Positions 23,395 to 35,130 of a DNA stretch of 64,000 nt are shown here, piece after piece. Numbering within the stretch: the first letter of the stretch is position 1; every line of letters begins with the position of its first letter. The translations under genes were made by a program, and so were the position numbers. The notes beneath the pieces were generated by a model that searched no databases, was not told the DNA's origin, and saw nothing but the letters and a program-made list of their open reading frames with translations. The stretch comes from Fistulifera solaris (taxonomy: Eukaryota): positions 248,001-312,000 of the forward strand of contig AP026151.1 in assembly GCA_030295235.1 (NCBI GenBank), in the 5' to 3' direction.

Positions 23395-25424
23395 TCCGTA
23401 TTGTGATCAACGACGATGCACACACGTGAAAAACGCAACACGAAATAAATGAGAGCAACATTCATTTTATTTCAACGCCAAACTATGATGGTAAGCCCCT
23501 TATTTGAAATGGAGACTATCCTTTGTAGAAATCAGATTATTAAAAAGTCTTCTTGAGGTGGGAGAAAGAAGAAAGATTGCCGCTACAATCGATCAACAAC
23601 TTTCCCAATTCATTGAATCCGGAAGGGAAATTGTGACCGATTGCGTCGTTTTCAACGTCCATCAAGATGGACAAGATGGACTGGTGTTGAACGATGTTTA
23701 GCAGTAATTTCTTTTAAGGACTGGACGTAACGTTTTAAAACATGATGAACGATGTTTAGCAGTGATTCCCTTTAGGAAGCGAATGATTGCGTTGTGACGA
23801 ACGAGACTATTTCTGTCTTTGCGACCTTTTTGACTTGATGATTATGTTCCTGGAGCGAATCAGGAGAGCCTTCAATTATCGCTTTCATAATGGCGCTTTA
23901 GCGTTAAATCGCCCGCAACCGTAACGTATTCTTAACAAGCATCAGCATGTATAGAATGAGCTCAGTGGCGGAAGTTATACAGAATCTTTCTTCCGATCTC
24001 ATCGCGCGTTCGGAGTGTCGATCTGAGTCGACTCCTTCAGTCGACCTCATGCAATGTGCCACAGCTTCTTATGTCATCGATTTGGCGTTTGTGGGCTTTC
24101 TGATCTGTAGAGTTCCTAGCTGATTTGACTTACGCCTGTTTATCAAGTAGGCTGCTGTGATTTTATTTACCACGGCGTATATGAAAACGTCACATCAACG
24201 AATGTTTTTGAACTCATAGAATATATTGCGATAATGTGAATACGATAGATCATGTAGTTTATGAACTGATATGTTTTATCAACCTTATTTTCCACGTTGC
24301 TCTTTGAGAATTTGCGCCAAGCGTGCCTCTCCGTTCTCTCCAGCGTTCGGAACTGACATGTACAGGCCAACCTTAGCATCATTCCCGATTATGCCTTCTC
24401 CCTTGCCGCGTTGGATGTCGATTGTTTCATACTCATCACAGCTGTCTGAATCATATCCTGGGATGAAGGGAACGGAGAGATCCCCGGCCGTATATGAGCA
24501 GTAAAGTGATCCGTCCCAATTCAACTCCAGCAGTTCAGCAAGACTGTAGCTCGCAATGTGGCGATATTTTCCTCTGCGACCCCGTTTCAACTTATTGTCA
24601 TGATGATACACAGGTGCGTCTCGAAGGGGGAGTGAGACTGCCCGGTGTGATCATTCTCGACACCGGTCGACCACGCTTGCTATTATAGCCGTAATACCAG
24701 TAGGCTTTCACTTTACAAACCAACCAACAACCAGTCATTATTTGTAATATCATCGAACTGCCAACTGCCAGTAGTCTACTTTATCACTTTATCCGAGATT
24801 TGTAATTAGTTTCTATTGCTATGATTGTAGCGTATGTAGTCTATAGTCTTAGAGAGCGATTATCTTTCAAGCCTTGACTCAAGACTGAAACCCAGTCGGC
24901 ATGATCTTAGCCTTAGCCAAATTTATTATAAAAAAATCGAGAGTAAAAATTGAAATGACAGGCAGCATCTAACACGGCAGGAGCATGAGTTTTTGTTCTT
25001 GTTTTGTCGGACTACCGTGATCTCAAGACTTACTCTCGATAGCTTTAGTTGCTTTGCGGGACGGAGTAAAGAGAATCTAGAGCTGGAGCGCCATGTAAGG
25101 ATTCTTTTGCAGTCTCATCTTTTCGATTCCTATTTTGATTTCTAAGATCTATCCCGAAAGTCTCACGGGTGCCAGAATATGATCGAAGGACGATAGCTAC
25201 GACAGACTACTTTTCACCGGCTTTTCGACCTAAAACATCATAGCGTGTAAATCTAACTCTGATAGAAGCCTATTACGTTGCAGCAATCGACATGCATTGT
25301 CGCTCGAAAGAACGAAAGAATGTCGATTCATGATTGAAAATGCAGTCGTAGATAATTTGATATACACTTTCATCCATAGTAGATACAGTTTTTTATAATG
25401 ACACAGACGGGAATTCTGAAGTGC

Positions 25425-25585
25425 GGTGGCGTGCGGTGTTTCCACGTTCCCAGAATGGGTGTTTTTCACTTCCCCAGAAAATCGTCTGCTGGTGGTTTTA
25501 TGTTTTGGCTTGCCCAGAAAATCTGGTGAATGATTGTTTTGACATCTGGGTTTGCGGTTCCCAGAAAATCTGAGTGACTTTTTAC
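25425..25585. repeat. Degenerate CCCAGAAAAT(CTG) repeats related to the 15-kb minisatellite (opposite orientation)
   Basis: The reverse complement of TTTCCACGTTCCCAGAAT matches ATTTTCTGGGAACGTGAAAA units; 4 cores. Confidence 0.65.
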
Positions 25586-26695
25586 GAGCATGCATTGAAA
25601 GCATTATCCGAAAAGTGTAACGTTCGTTTTGATGAAGGGGGTCTGGTGGTGAGGGGTGCTCGGTCATCATTATTTTTTAGGCTATTTTTAGGCTCTTTAC
25701 TCAGATGTAAAGTGTTCTAAAAAAAATCGCGCACGGCATAGTTGACTACTTGTGCCTAATATAGTCATTTCGGGTCATTTTTAGAGTTCTTTCTTTCTTG
25801 TATCGAGAAAAGCAGCTAAATTTATTTCTGAAAAGCTATGAAACGGCCTACGTCAGTTCTATTTTGAGGAAAGTTTCGTTAATTTTTCAAACGGAAACTT
25901 CAGTTACAAATCGTGTCGGCTATTTTTTTGATTATCAATCTAGGTTATGGTCTATTGTAGTTGTATTTCCAGCTAAATTTGTTTTCCGGTCATTCAAAAA
26001 GCACTCAACTGTATCGCGTCCTCAAAAATGAGCTTTTGTCATGACGAAATTTAATCCTGATACTGTTAACTGCATAGTAAAGGAACTAAAGTTGTTAAGT
26101 ATTCATTCAAGTCGTTTCCAACATTTTCCAGCTTCTTTGTTTTACATTTTGTCGCGTTCCTGCAAACGTTTTGTTGACTCTATCTGCGGAAAACAATTTC
26201 AAACGTTTATCGCCGATTAATTCGTTGATACAACTTCCCGACTAACGGCCGCTTAGTCGACGACTCGGTTTACGCGTTAACAGAAGGAGAGAGAGTCTCG
26301 ATAAACAAGATAGCTCAACTAGACCTAAATTCATCCTTATCCACGATACTTTATTCATAGTAAACCAGCATGGAGTAATCCGCAACAATACAAACGTATC
26401 ATCTTATTTGTTCTTATTTGCCCAAACGAAGACACATCACACTGAATTTCCGTCTATCTAAATAACTAGTCTAAAATCACAGATTTTCTGTTGAGGCTTT
26501 GCAAAGATATTTTACACAAAATTTCCGTGTGTCTAAATAATAGAGATCAAAACCAATAAGACTCGATCACTATCACCACAACACAACCACCACAAGATAA
26601 CTTTTTGATCAGCAACGATAAAAAGGACGTTACGATTCACTTTCAGTCAGGCACCGGTATTTACAATGTGCATACACAGCTCCTTAATAGCCAGA

Positions 26696-28003
26696 ATGAC
26701 GATGATATGGATTGTGATATTGTTTCTTGCTCATTGTCAAGGATGGATCGTCACACCGACGACACCTCGACCGACTTGTCAGCTCGCTCGCCGAGACTTT
26801 CATGCAGCAAAGCCATCGTCGTCAAAGTCCGGGGCTTATTGGGAAGAAGAAGATAATTATGAGGATTATGATGAAGAAAGCGAAGTGTGGCAAGACGAAC
26901 CAGCGTTGCAACGCGACATTTTAGAATGGGAAGATTTCGACACCGTTGAAGGTACCGCGCAACTTTTGCTACCACCGCCTTCCGTCGCGTTACCTACCAC
27001 TGTCATACATTTCACCGGAGGAACTTTCTTCGGCAGTGCTCCCTCTCTGTGGTACCGGCGACTGTTAGAAGATTTGGTCCGAAATACGCAGTGTGCCATC
27101 GTGGCGACACCGATCCCCGTCACGTTGTTGCAATCGCCCCTTGAACACGTTTCATTGGCCAAGCGTGTCCATCGACAATTTCAATTAGCGTGGAGGGATG
27201 TGTTGTTGGATGAATATGGATCCGAAATTGCACAAGTACCGGTCTGCGCCATGGGGCATTCATTGGGGGCGAGATTGATGATCGTTTTGGAAACCTTGCA
27301 ACGACCTCTTCCGAGCTGGGCTCCACCGAAATACAAAGCGATGGTGTTGCTCAGTTTTACCAATTATGGTGCATCTGCGGGCATTCCTGGGATTAATCAG
27401 TTGCGGAAATCCAGTCAGAAAATCGAACAAGAACAACAATCAACTCAATCTTCCTCGCGGCAGTCGAGTCGAAAGTCGAGTCGTAGGATATACGACTACT
27501 ATGAAGATGAGGACGACTATGACGAAGACGACGAGGAATGGGGAGAAATATTACAGGAATTCAAAGACAGTGTAGCGCAGCAGACTCTCAAAGTTCGACA
27601 AGCCCTTACTCCGGCCCTTCGCGATCTTGAATTCTATCCTTCACCGACACAACTCTGGGAAGCTTTAGCGTCGCCGGGTCGTTATACGATACCCCAAACA
27701 CTGCTTGTCCAATTTGATCAGGATGTCATCGATCACAGTGCGAAATTGACGGCAGCCATTCAAAACTGTACGGATATCAAGTTTGCTAGACTGCGAGGAA
27801 CGCATTTAACGCCTGTTTCATCACAAGGCGATCCGTCCCGCGACGGCGGGCTATTCGATGTGTTGAATTCTAGAGCTACCAAGACGATTGGAAAATTGCT
27901 CCGCGGGAGACGCAACGATCAAGCCAATGAAGTAGCCTTTGTTGAGTTGCGACAAAGCCTAGCGCGATACGTGACCGAAGTAGTCACGAAAGAACTTTCG
28001 TGA
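26696..28003 (+). CDS. Alpha/beta hydrolase (DUF1350-like), probably plastid-targeted
   Basis: IHFTGGTFFG, MGHSLGA nucleophile elbow, EFYPSP, LLVQFDQD, LRGTHLTP; signal peptide ending CQG-W. Confidence 0.8.
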   Translation: MTMIWIVILFLAHCQGWIVTPTTPRPTCQLARRDFHAAKPSSSKSGAYWEEEDNYEDYDEESEVWQDEPALQRDILEWEDFDTVEGTAQLLLPPPSVALPTTVIHFTGGTFFGSAPSLWYRRLLEDLVRNTQCAIVATPIPVTLLQSPLEHVSLAKRVHRQFQLAWRDVLLDEYGSEIAQVPVCAMGHSLGARLMIVLETLQRPLPSWAPPKYKAMVLLSFTNYGASAGIPGINQLRKSSQKIEQEQQSTQSSSRQSSRKSSRRIYDYYEDEDDYDEDDEEWGEILQEFKDSVAQQTLKVRQALTPALRDLEFYPSPTQLWEALASPGRYTIPQTLLVQFDQDVIDHSAKLTAAIQNCTDIKFARLRGTHLTPVSSQGDPSRDGGLFDVLNSRATKTIGKLLRGRRNDQANEVAFVELRQSLARYVTEVVTKELS

Positions 28004-28157
28004 GTGATTGCAGTCGTCTCGCATGCGTCATCCCATCATCATCCGCAATGCGAAATCCGAAAGAAGGCGAGAAACGACGACCGTCCATTTCCGTCAATTT
28101 ATTTACCGAGCTTTTCTTTATCTCTGCTATTACCCATACTATTACCATAAAAGCATA

Positions 28158-29015
28158 ATGTGGTTTCAAAGGACGCTTCGATCTGAATCGCGGAAACTCG
28201 TCGCGGCGTCTCTCGCTTTGCCCCTGGCTTTGTCATTTGTATACAGTACGGCAATTTGTGACGATGATACGATGCGAAAACGACGCGAAACGATTCTGAA
28301 AGCCAACGCCCGATCGATACAACGCCTCAATACGGTCGGGGAGTTGAAGAAAATCCGCAAGAATCAAGAGGAAATGTTGCGACGGTGGGAATTGGATGAA
28401 GACGGTTGGCGTGAGCTTCCGGCTCGTGCGTGGCCGGAATATCAGCCTTCGCCCGATCATTTACCGGCGATTCGAGAGAAAATGGTAAAAGAAGGATGCC
28501 ACGAGAAAGTCAAGACGCAGACAGAAGTTTGTCAGTCACTTATGTTTCAAGTAGCAACCTCGTTGGTGTTTTACACCGTCGATCCACCGGCCGGTTTTCA
28601 ACAATATCAAGAGATGGCTTTCGCTGGTCACGTGGATTCTATGGTTGCTTGCGGAATTATTTTGGTGGAAGGAATTGGTGGAATGACGCACCGGGAAGCG
28701 GAGGGGGTCCGGTGGCTACAAAAGGCAATTGAACAGGGATCGACGCAAGCATTTTATGAACTTGGTATTGTTTATTTTACCGGCATTGATGGTGTCGTCG
28801 AAGAAGATTCTAAGAAAGCGTTCCAGTATTTCAAAGAAGCGGCGAATCGGGGTCACGTGGGAGCTTTGTTCATGACAGCCGATTGTTTGATGGAAGGAGA
28901 GGGTACTGAGAAAAACGTTGCACGGGCGATTCCGATGCTCTATCAAGCCGCAGATCAAGGTCATCGATATGCTCGGCAGCGAGTTCGCGAATTATTGAAA
29001 GCTTACCCACTCTGA
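28158..29015 (+). CDS. Sel1-repeat protein, possibly mitochondrial
   Basis: Repeats such as WLQKAIEQG..AFYELG, YFKEAANRGH, YQAADQGH. Confidence 0.85.
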   Translation: MWFQRTLRSESRKLVAASLALPLALSFVYSTAICDDDTMRKRRETILKANARSIQRLNTVGELKKIRKNQEEMLRRWELDEDGWRELPARAWPEYQPSPDHLPAIREKMVKEGCHEKVKTQTEVCQSLMFQVATSLVFYTVDPPAGFQQYQEMAFAGHVDSMVACGIILVEGIGGMTHREAEGVRWLQKAIEQGSTQAFYELGIVYFTGIDGVVEEDSKKAFQYFKEAANRGHVGALFMTADCLMEGEGTEKNVARAIPMLYQAADQGHRYARQRVRELLKAYPL

Positions 29016-29334
29016 TAAAATGATTGATTCCTGTGGTAACAGCGTTAAGCAGCATGTGCAAGTACCGTTTGAGTTTTGTGGTTTGAAGAAAACGGTATGG
29101 TTTCTTGGAAACGGAAAAAGTTTTTTCATGACATACGTTCGATTGAAATTAAGTGGGGCGTACCGGTTTCCTACCACACTCATGTCTGTTTCAATCAACC
29201 GGGTCGTGTCGTTACTTATCGTTACCGGTCGTTTTCCATCGGCACTTCGGTTTTATAGATGATATCAATTACGTCCCAATGATTCCACAAAAGTTCGCTG
29301 CGTCGAAGTTATAAATTGACAGAGACGAAGCAAA

Positions 29335-30365
29335 ATGGAAGTAACCGCGGGAACAATTGCGGGATCGGGTACTTTTGGTTTTATCTTGGATTGCTTCGTA
29401 ATGCTTGAACGCAAAGTCTGCATTCTGAGAGACACGAAGAGTTCCATTGCAAATCGTCTCATGCTTTGAAGTCACGATCGTCAAAAGCACTTGCCTCCTC
29501 GCCTATTACGACTAGTCCGTGGTCGCATATCTTCTCTTTGCAGCATAGTCCCAATTTGTATTGCTTCTCTTTCAGCGGTAGCTGCCACTGATACAAGCAG
29601 ATGCATCATCCTCTATTCAAAGCCAGTCGGCAATGAAAAGCACGCGAGCTCGAATGATGAGGGAGCATTGCAGCATCTCGACGTGTTTACCTTCTTCATA
29701 ACGACCTACTATAGAATTATGACAGGCCTCGCTAATCAGAACGGATCTTGGATGGGCGAGCATACAAATTCGGGCTACGACCAGGCTGTGAGGTAAGTGT
29801 TGACAAGTTTTCGGAAGTCATACTACATGCACTAAACTGATTTGTGCCTCATAATACAAACAGTTGTGTCGTTGGCTTGTTTGCTATCCGTTGCTTTGGT
29901 GCACTTCAAATGTCACGTGTAGCTAGTTTTGTTTGTGAGGGTCCATTTGCCGCCAAAAGTCTGCCTGCCACACCAAAGTACGCGTCAACGCTTGAACGCC
30001 TAAAAATACAGAAATTGGGGAATCGATACGGATGTCACACATGCGGGATTGGCTCTCCTCTCAATAGACTATTGTATGGGACGAGCGAAGTAATAGATTT
30101 CCATGCAGACCATGTTCCTCCCAACTATATTGCAAAACGCATGAAAGCTTTGGGAATGGAAGTTACGCAACGTTTCTATCCTCAGTGTCCAAAATGTTCG
30201 CATAAGCAAGGTGGAGTTTGCAAACATTACTCTTCGGCGTTTTCCAAGACTACTCTTGAGCATGCTTTTCGATCTCGTCCACAGTGCTACGCCGCTGGAG
30301 CGTTACTAGCCGGAGCAAGGACGTTTGCTGTTCCCATTGATTTATCTTTGGGTCTTAGTGGCTAA
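29335..30365 (+). CDS. HNH-like protein copy 4 (long N-terminus); intron 29793-29863; in-frame TGA 29467-29469 or an extra intron
   Basis: MEVTAGTIAGSGTFGFILD matches copy 1 LAGTLAGSVTFGLILD; EGPFAAKSLPAT, YGCHTCG, ADHVPP, FYPQCPKCSHKQGG. Confidence 0.72.
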
Positions 30366-30675
30366 AATAGATAATAAAAACACCAGCACACCAAATTAGA
30401 ATAGCTAGAGTACCAGATAGGCCTCGGACCTAGCCATCGTTTCTCATCGTTTTCAAGAAACGCGCGGTGCCGTTTCCATTGTTCTTCGTGACTTGATCAG
30501 TCACGTTTCCCTTATAACTCGTCGCCGCCGCGCTTTTTTTTTCGTCGTTTTTCGCATTATTTATTATTTATGGTGTTGAGACTTTCCTACACGGACATTG
30601 AGGAAATCCAGTTGCTATTCTACTCTTTTAATAGTAACGTGCTACACAAACGGAGAACAAAGAGCGAGTAGAAAG

Positions 30676-31634
30676 ATGCGCAAGTCTCACTACTATGTGA
30701 CCCTTCTTTGTTTAGCAGCCTGTCGTTTCCAAGAAACTCATTCGTTTGGACCTAGCGCTGCCCATTTTCGTCGAGAAACGATGGAACTTTTCAATAGACA
30801 GGAGCAATCAGCAGAAACAATAGAGAATGTGGAGCAACCCGCAGAAGCAACGTTCTGTACTTCCCCGATGCATGTTTATATCGAATATACCGACGCCTTC
30901 GGCGTCGTTTACAATGGCAACTATCTAAAATTCTTTGATCGAGCTCTGCATAGGACCGACCAATTACGGCTGGATGACTGGTCGATTGTTCGTGTCGGTG
31001 AGCAAAAGTTCAAACAATCACCGGAACTCGGGGGAACGTTCGTAATAGAAGGTGTACGGAAAGAAGTTCATGAGGCGTATGAAGTTTGGGATATGGACAT
31101 GAAGAGTGTTGACAATTTAATAGTGTTCAACTCTGTGACCGACGTTCGTATCGCCAAGGCTGTCAAAGGAGATATTGCGCTGCCGACCGATGCGCCTTTT
31201 GATATTCCAGAAAGTGGAGTCCTTGCAACCGATAAGTTCTTGCGTATCGTGATGAGTTCGAGCCGCATCTCCAGAGCGCAATGCCCTTACGGAATGTCTT
31301 GAATCTATTCGAACGAAGTCGGTCGAATTACTTGGGCGGTCCAGATGTGTTACGAGAAATGCAAACGAAAGAGAATATTATCTTTGTTGTGACGAATATC
31401 GAAGATGCTTGTCTGATCGACGACGGCGCTACGTGTTGCGCTGGAGATGAGCTGGTCGTGGAGATAGCGTTTGTAGCGAAGCGTAAAGGCATGGTGCTGG
31501 ATTGTTTGCAAACGTTAAAGCGCGGAACGGCCCGATTGGCACAAGCCAAAGTTCGCGTCATGGTTTTGAATGCGAGTACGATGCGACCAACGAACCAAGT
31601 ACCGGAATCGCTGAAAACGACACTGAACCTTTAA
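30676..31634 (+). CDS. Double hot-dog thioesterase (4HBT-like), probably plastid-targeted; frameshift ~31240
   Basis: VYIEYTDAFGVVYNGNYLKFFDRA motif; second half LNLFERSRSNYLGG. Confidence 0.82.
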
Positions 31635-31721
31635 CTTGAATCGCTTTAAAATCGATGAATAATATTGCATTAAACAATAGCGCCTCACAGCATCGTGATC
31701 ACATTTCATCGTTAAAAAATT

Positions 31722-32351
31722 CTACTTTTTTACGTCAATGTTTGCGAATGACTGCTCTGGCGATTGGGTGTCGAGTATGTATTCGAGATCACCGAAAAAC
31801 AACTGAGGAGTTGATGGATTAGCCACGGTGTCTTTATGTCCCCAAAATCCCGTCCGCTTGAGAATTTCCAAATCACTTTTGATTTGAATTTGACAAGCGA
31901 GCCGCAATTTCGTATTGTTGTGAAAATTGTGAGGCGGAATCGCAAAACGCAACTTCTCCTTTGTATTTCGTTCCGACGCTTCAGCTTGACCTTCGATAAT
32001 TTCTACCGCACAGGTTCCTCAAGTCCCCAAACCTCGACAATTGATGAGATTGGCTCGTCCATTGTGCGGACTAGCCTTTTGATTTCGCAAGGCAGCCGTC
32101 CGCAATATTTCGCCGTCGTATGCCTCGAAGGATATCGCCTTAGCAGTGTTTTCTGCAGAGGATGGTTCCTCCGTGAGCCATGTAACAGTATGCGTTGTGA
32201 CTGAATCATCTAGTTCGTTCTCGGAAGGGAGTGCTCCGAAACACCGCGTTGTGCGATGGAGTAATGGAGGACGTCGTATTACGAAAGATGACGATGTCTT
32301 CCACAGCCCAATGTGTAACCCCGCCGATAGGAGCCTCTTTAAGTCGAGCAT
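31722..32351 (-). CDS. 2Fe-2S ferredoxin-like protein with in-frame TGA at a ligand Cys (32021-32019)
   Basis: Single frame reads INCRGLGT*GTCAVEI..LRLACQ..KRTGFWG; leader with SSS-F. Confidence 0.8.
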
Positions 32352-32444
32352 TATTGTAGAGGCTGTTGTAGTATTGCCTCTTTCATCTTTCTCTATTGAT
32401 ATACTTCTTGCTGTTGCCGACGAGACGCTGATGTGTTTTTTTTG

Positions 32445-32912
32445 CTTGGTGGGTGCAGTGGTTCCCGAATATCTGGGAACGGTGTTATGGATCTCACAGA
32501 AATGCTGTCTTGCTTGAGAGTCGTCGTCTCTCTCTCTAGAAAGTTTGGACGTCTCTGTGTTTTCCAGAAAATCTGGAAAAAGCGCGCGCTCGTCATACAG
32601 AAATTCTGTCTGATTGGTCCAGAAATTCTGGACCAGGTTTTTCATCTCGCAGAGGTTCGGTGCTGGTTCCCAAAAATCTGGACACGGTGTTACGGATTAT
32701 ACAGAAATGCTGTCTTGATGGTCTCTAGATTTTCTGCACGACGACTCGACTTAGCGTTTTTCAACAAACAGCGCGTCACTGTGATTTCCAGAAAATCTGA
32801 TAATAGCGAGCTCGTCATACAGAAATTCTGTCTGAATGGTCCAGAAATTCTGGACCAGTTGTTTTCATCTCGCAGAGTTCGGTGCTTGCTCCCAAAAATC
32901 TGGACACGGTTT
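32445..32912. repeat. About 2.3 copies of a ~220-bp unit rich in palindromes (GGTCCAGAAATTCTGGACC, ACAGAAATTCTGT, CCAGAAAATCTGG)
   Basis: 32585-32690 is nearly identical to 32807-32912; a partial third copy lies at ~32452-32512. Confidence 0.85.
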
Positions 32913-33529
32913 TATATCAAACTCTTACTGAACATTACTTTCAGCAGCCTCCATAGCAAAGCATTTATTTACAGGGGAATAATCAGCGCAAAGAAGTCAA
33001 AAACGAGCATCCGGGAGTTTTGTCTCTATACTAAATTATCAATCTTACTGAAAGTTCGTCTTGGCATTGTTCAGTCTATACACTTACAACCAGCGACCTA
33101 GCCGGATTAGCTTCAAGCTGTCTTGATCGCAAAGCATGCACTGGCGCGGGAACTTTGGTTTTGGTGGGAAGTTCTTTAGTGAAAAATTGCATGACGTTTT
33201 CGATGCCGGGTAAGATCCATTTCAAAACCGCTCGGAAGCAAGTTTTGGATTACACTTCGTTATTATGTACAAGCCAGTACCGCATTTCGAAAGTGTTCAT
33301 CGCGACGTGAAACGTGCGACCGACGAGACCCGTCACTATGACGAAAAGAGTGAGAATTCGGAAGGGTTCGTCGTTCTCGCAAAAAAACTTGCATGCGGCA
33401 TTCGAGGCGGACCTCGAATGCAGAACAACAACAACGCACCGTTCATTTCTGGTCATCCATTTCATGTCATAAAATTGACAGGATCGTCCATTTTGTCGTC
33501 AACTTTCACTACATTCAAACTGCAACAAG

Positions 33530-34974
33530 ATGACATTAACGGTCGTGGTAGGATCATCGGGATCCGGAAAGACTACCTTCTTGAACGATGTGCACAAATC
33601 GCACAAGTGCATTTACATTCGTCAGTATCACAACATTCGACCGTACGTTACGGTCAGCAAGATTCCCAACTTTGATCCGACCCGTCTTCCGTACTGGGAT
33701 ATCTATGAACGTGAAGGAACGGCTTCATCGATCAAGGTCGGAGGAACCATGGCGGGTGAATTCACGGCCGGTCTTTCTGGAGGTCAACGCAAGTTGTTGT
33801 TGTTCGAATTGGTCGCCCAGCGCATCGCTTCGCAAAACAATTTGTTGATTGTTCTCGATGAACCCTTTGCCGGTGTCACCGACGACTTTGTTCCCTTTAT
33901 TGTCAAGCGTTTGAATGAAATGAGAGAGAACCACGAGATTCTCTTGGTTACGAACGATCACGTCGATACGCTCAAGGAAATGGCCGATAACACCATCACG
34001 GTCAGTGCGATTGACCGCACGAAAGTTCAAGTCAACAAGATTGAAGGGGTCAGTCGCGAAAAAGCCATTCTCGCTTTGGCGATTGGTGACGCGTACGACT
34101 ACAAGGGCTCCTGGGCCGATTTGCGCTTCTTTCTTCAAGTCGAAGTCTTTGGGAATGGCGCACTCATTGGTGTCGCCATTTTCACCATCTTTGCCTTTAC
34201 GTTGTTTCTCGCGACGTTTTGGGATTCCAGTGAAGAAAGTGCGGCACTCGTTTTGGTCGCGGGTGGTATTATTGCCTTCTTTGCCTCAATCCCTACTTGT
34301 TGTCGTTGGCCGACTGGCGAAACTTTATGGGCGAAGAAGCCGAGGCGTTGTTGCACGCATCCAAGGACATGAACAATTTCCTTAAGACATGTTTGACATT
34401 ATTCTTGATTCTGATTGTGTCGGTGGTGCAGTTCGGTATTACCAATGCGGTGACTTCGGGACTCGAGAGTGTTTCCTTTTGGGTGGCCATGTTGATGGAT
34501 AGTTCCAGCTTGACCTTTCCCTTCATCTGCTTTGGTCTCTACACCAAACTACCGTTCCAAGCCGTACAGATTCTTTCCAGCTTGCCCTTCTTGTTCATGA
34601 TTTTCTTTTCAACGACTTTCTCGCCGGGATCGGGTGTGGCAGGTTTGAAGGAGCTTCGTTATCTGTTTGCCCGATTCTACTTTTGGTGCATGATCCCCGG
34701 TATTCGTGATCAAATGGAGAACTGTCCCGCGGATGATGGAGACAACATGTTGTACATGATTTTGTCGGCGTTGATTGGTGTGGTTTTGTTCTTGGTGGTC
34801 ATGGCGGTCAGCGCGTTCATGCGCTCGCACAAGACCAAGAAGGAAAGCTCCAAAAAGAATGCTTTGAAAGATGACGAGTTCCGTGATCTACAGCTCGAGT
34901 TGTATGGAGAAAAGGCGATGGATATTCAGAGCACCAATCATTCCACCGGTTCCAAGAAGAAAGAAAGCGCCTGA
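33530..34974 (+). CDS. ABC transporter (N-terminal ATPase plus TM domain, ABCG-like); frameshift ~34281
   Basis: Walker A GSSGSGKTT, signature LSGGQ, Walker B IVLDEP, then about 6 TM helices. Confidence 0.88.
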
Positions 34975-35130
34975 TTCATGAATGTCATGTCATTCATTAC
35001 AACTCATTTATTCTTAGATGTTAGTAAGTGTTAGAGTCAAGTCTTATTTATATCTTTCATTGATTGATGCAAGGCGCCAGTATCAGCCATACAATGAATG
35101 AAACAAAGCACTCAAAAAATCTTTTTAAAT

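Noticed and set aside
24285..24611. 108-aa orphan ORF
   Set aside because: Non-ATG start and no recognisable homology, so it cannot be supported as a gene.
31652..31712. Hairpin downstream of the ferredoxin as a SECIS element
   Set aside because: CGATGAA..TTCATCG pairs Watson-Crick, and I could not see the non-canonical GA/GA quartet or a correctly spaced apical AA.
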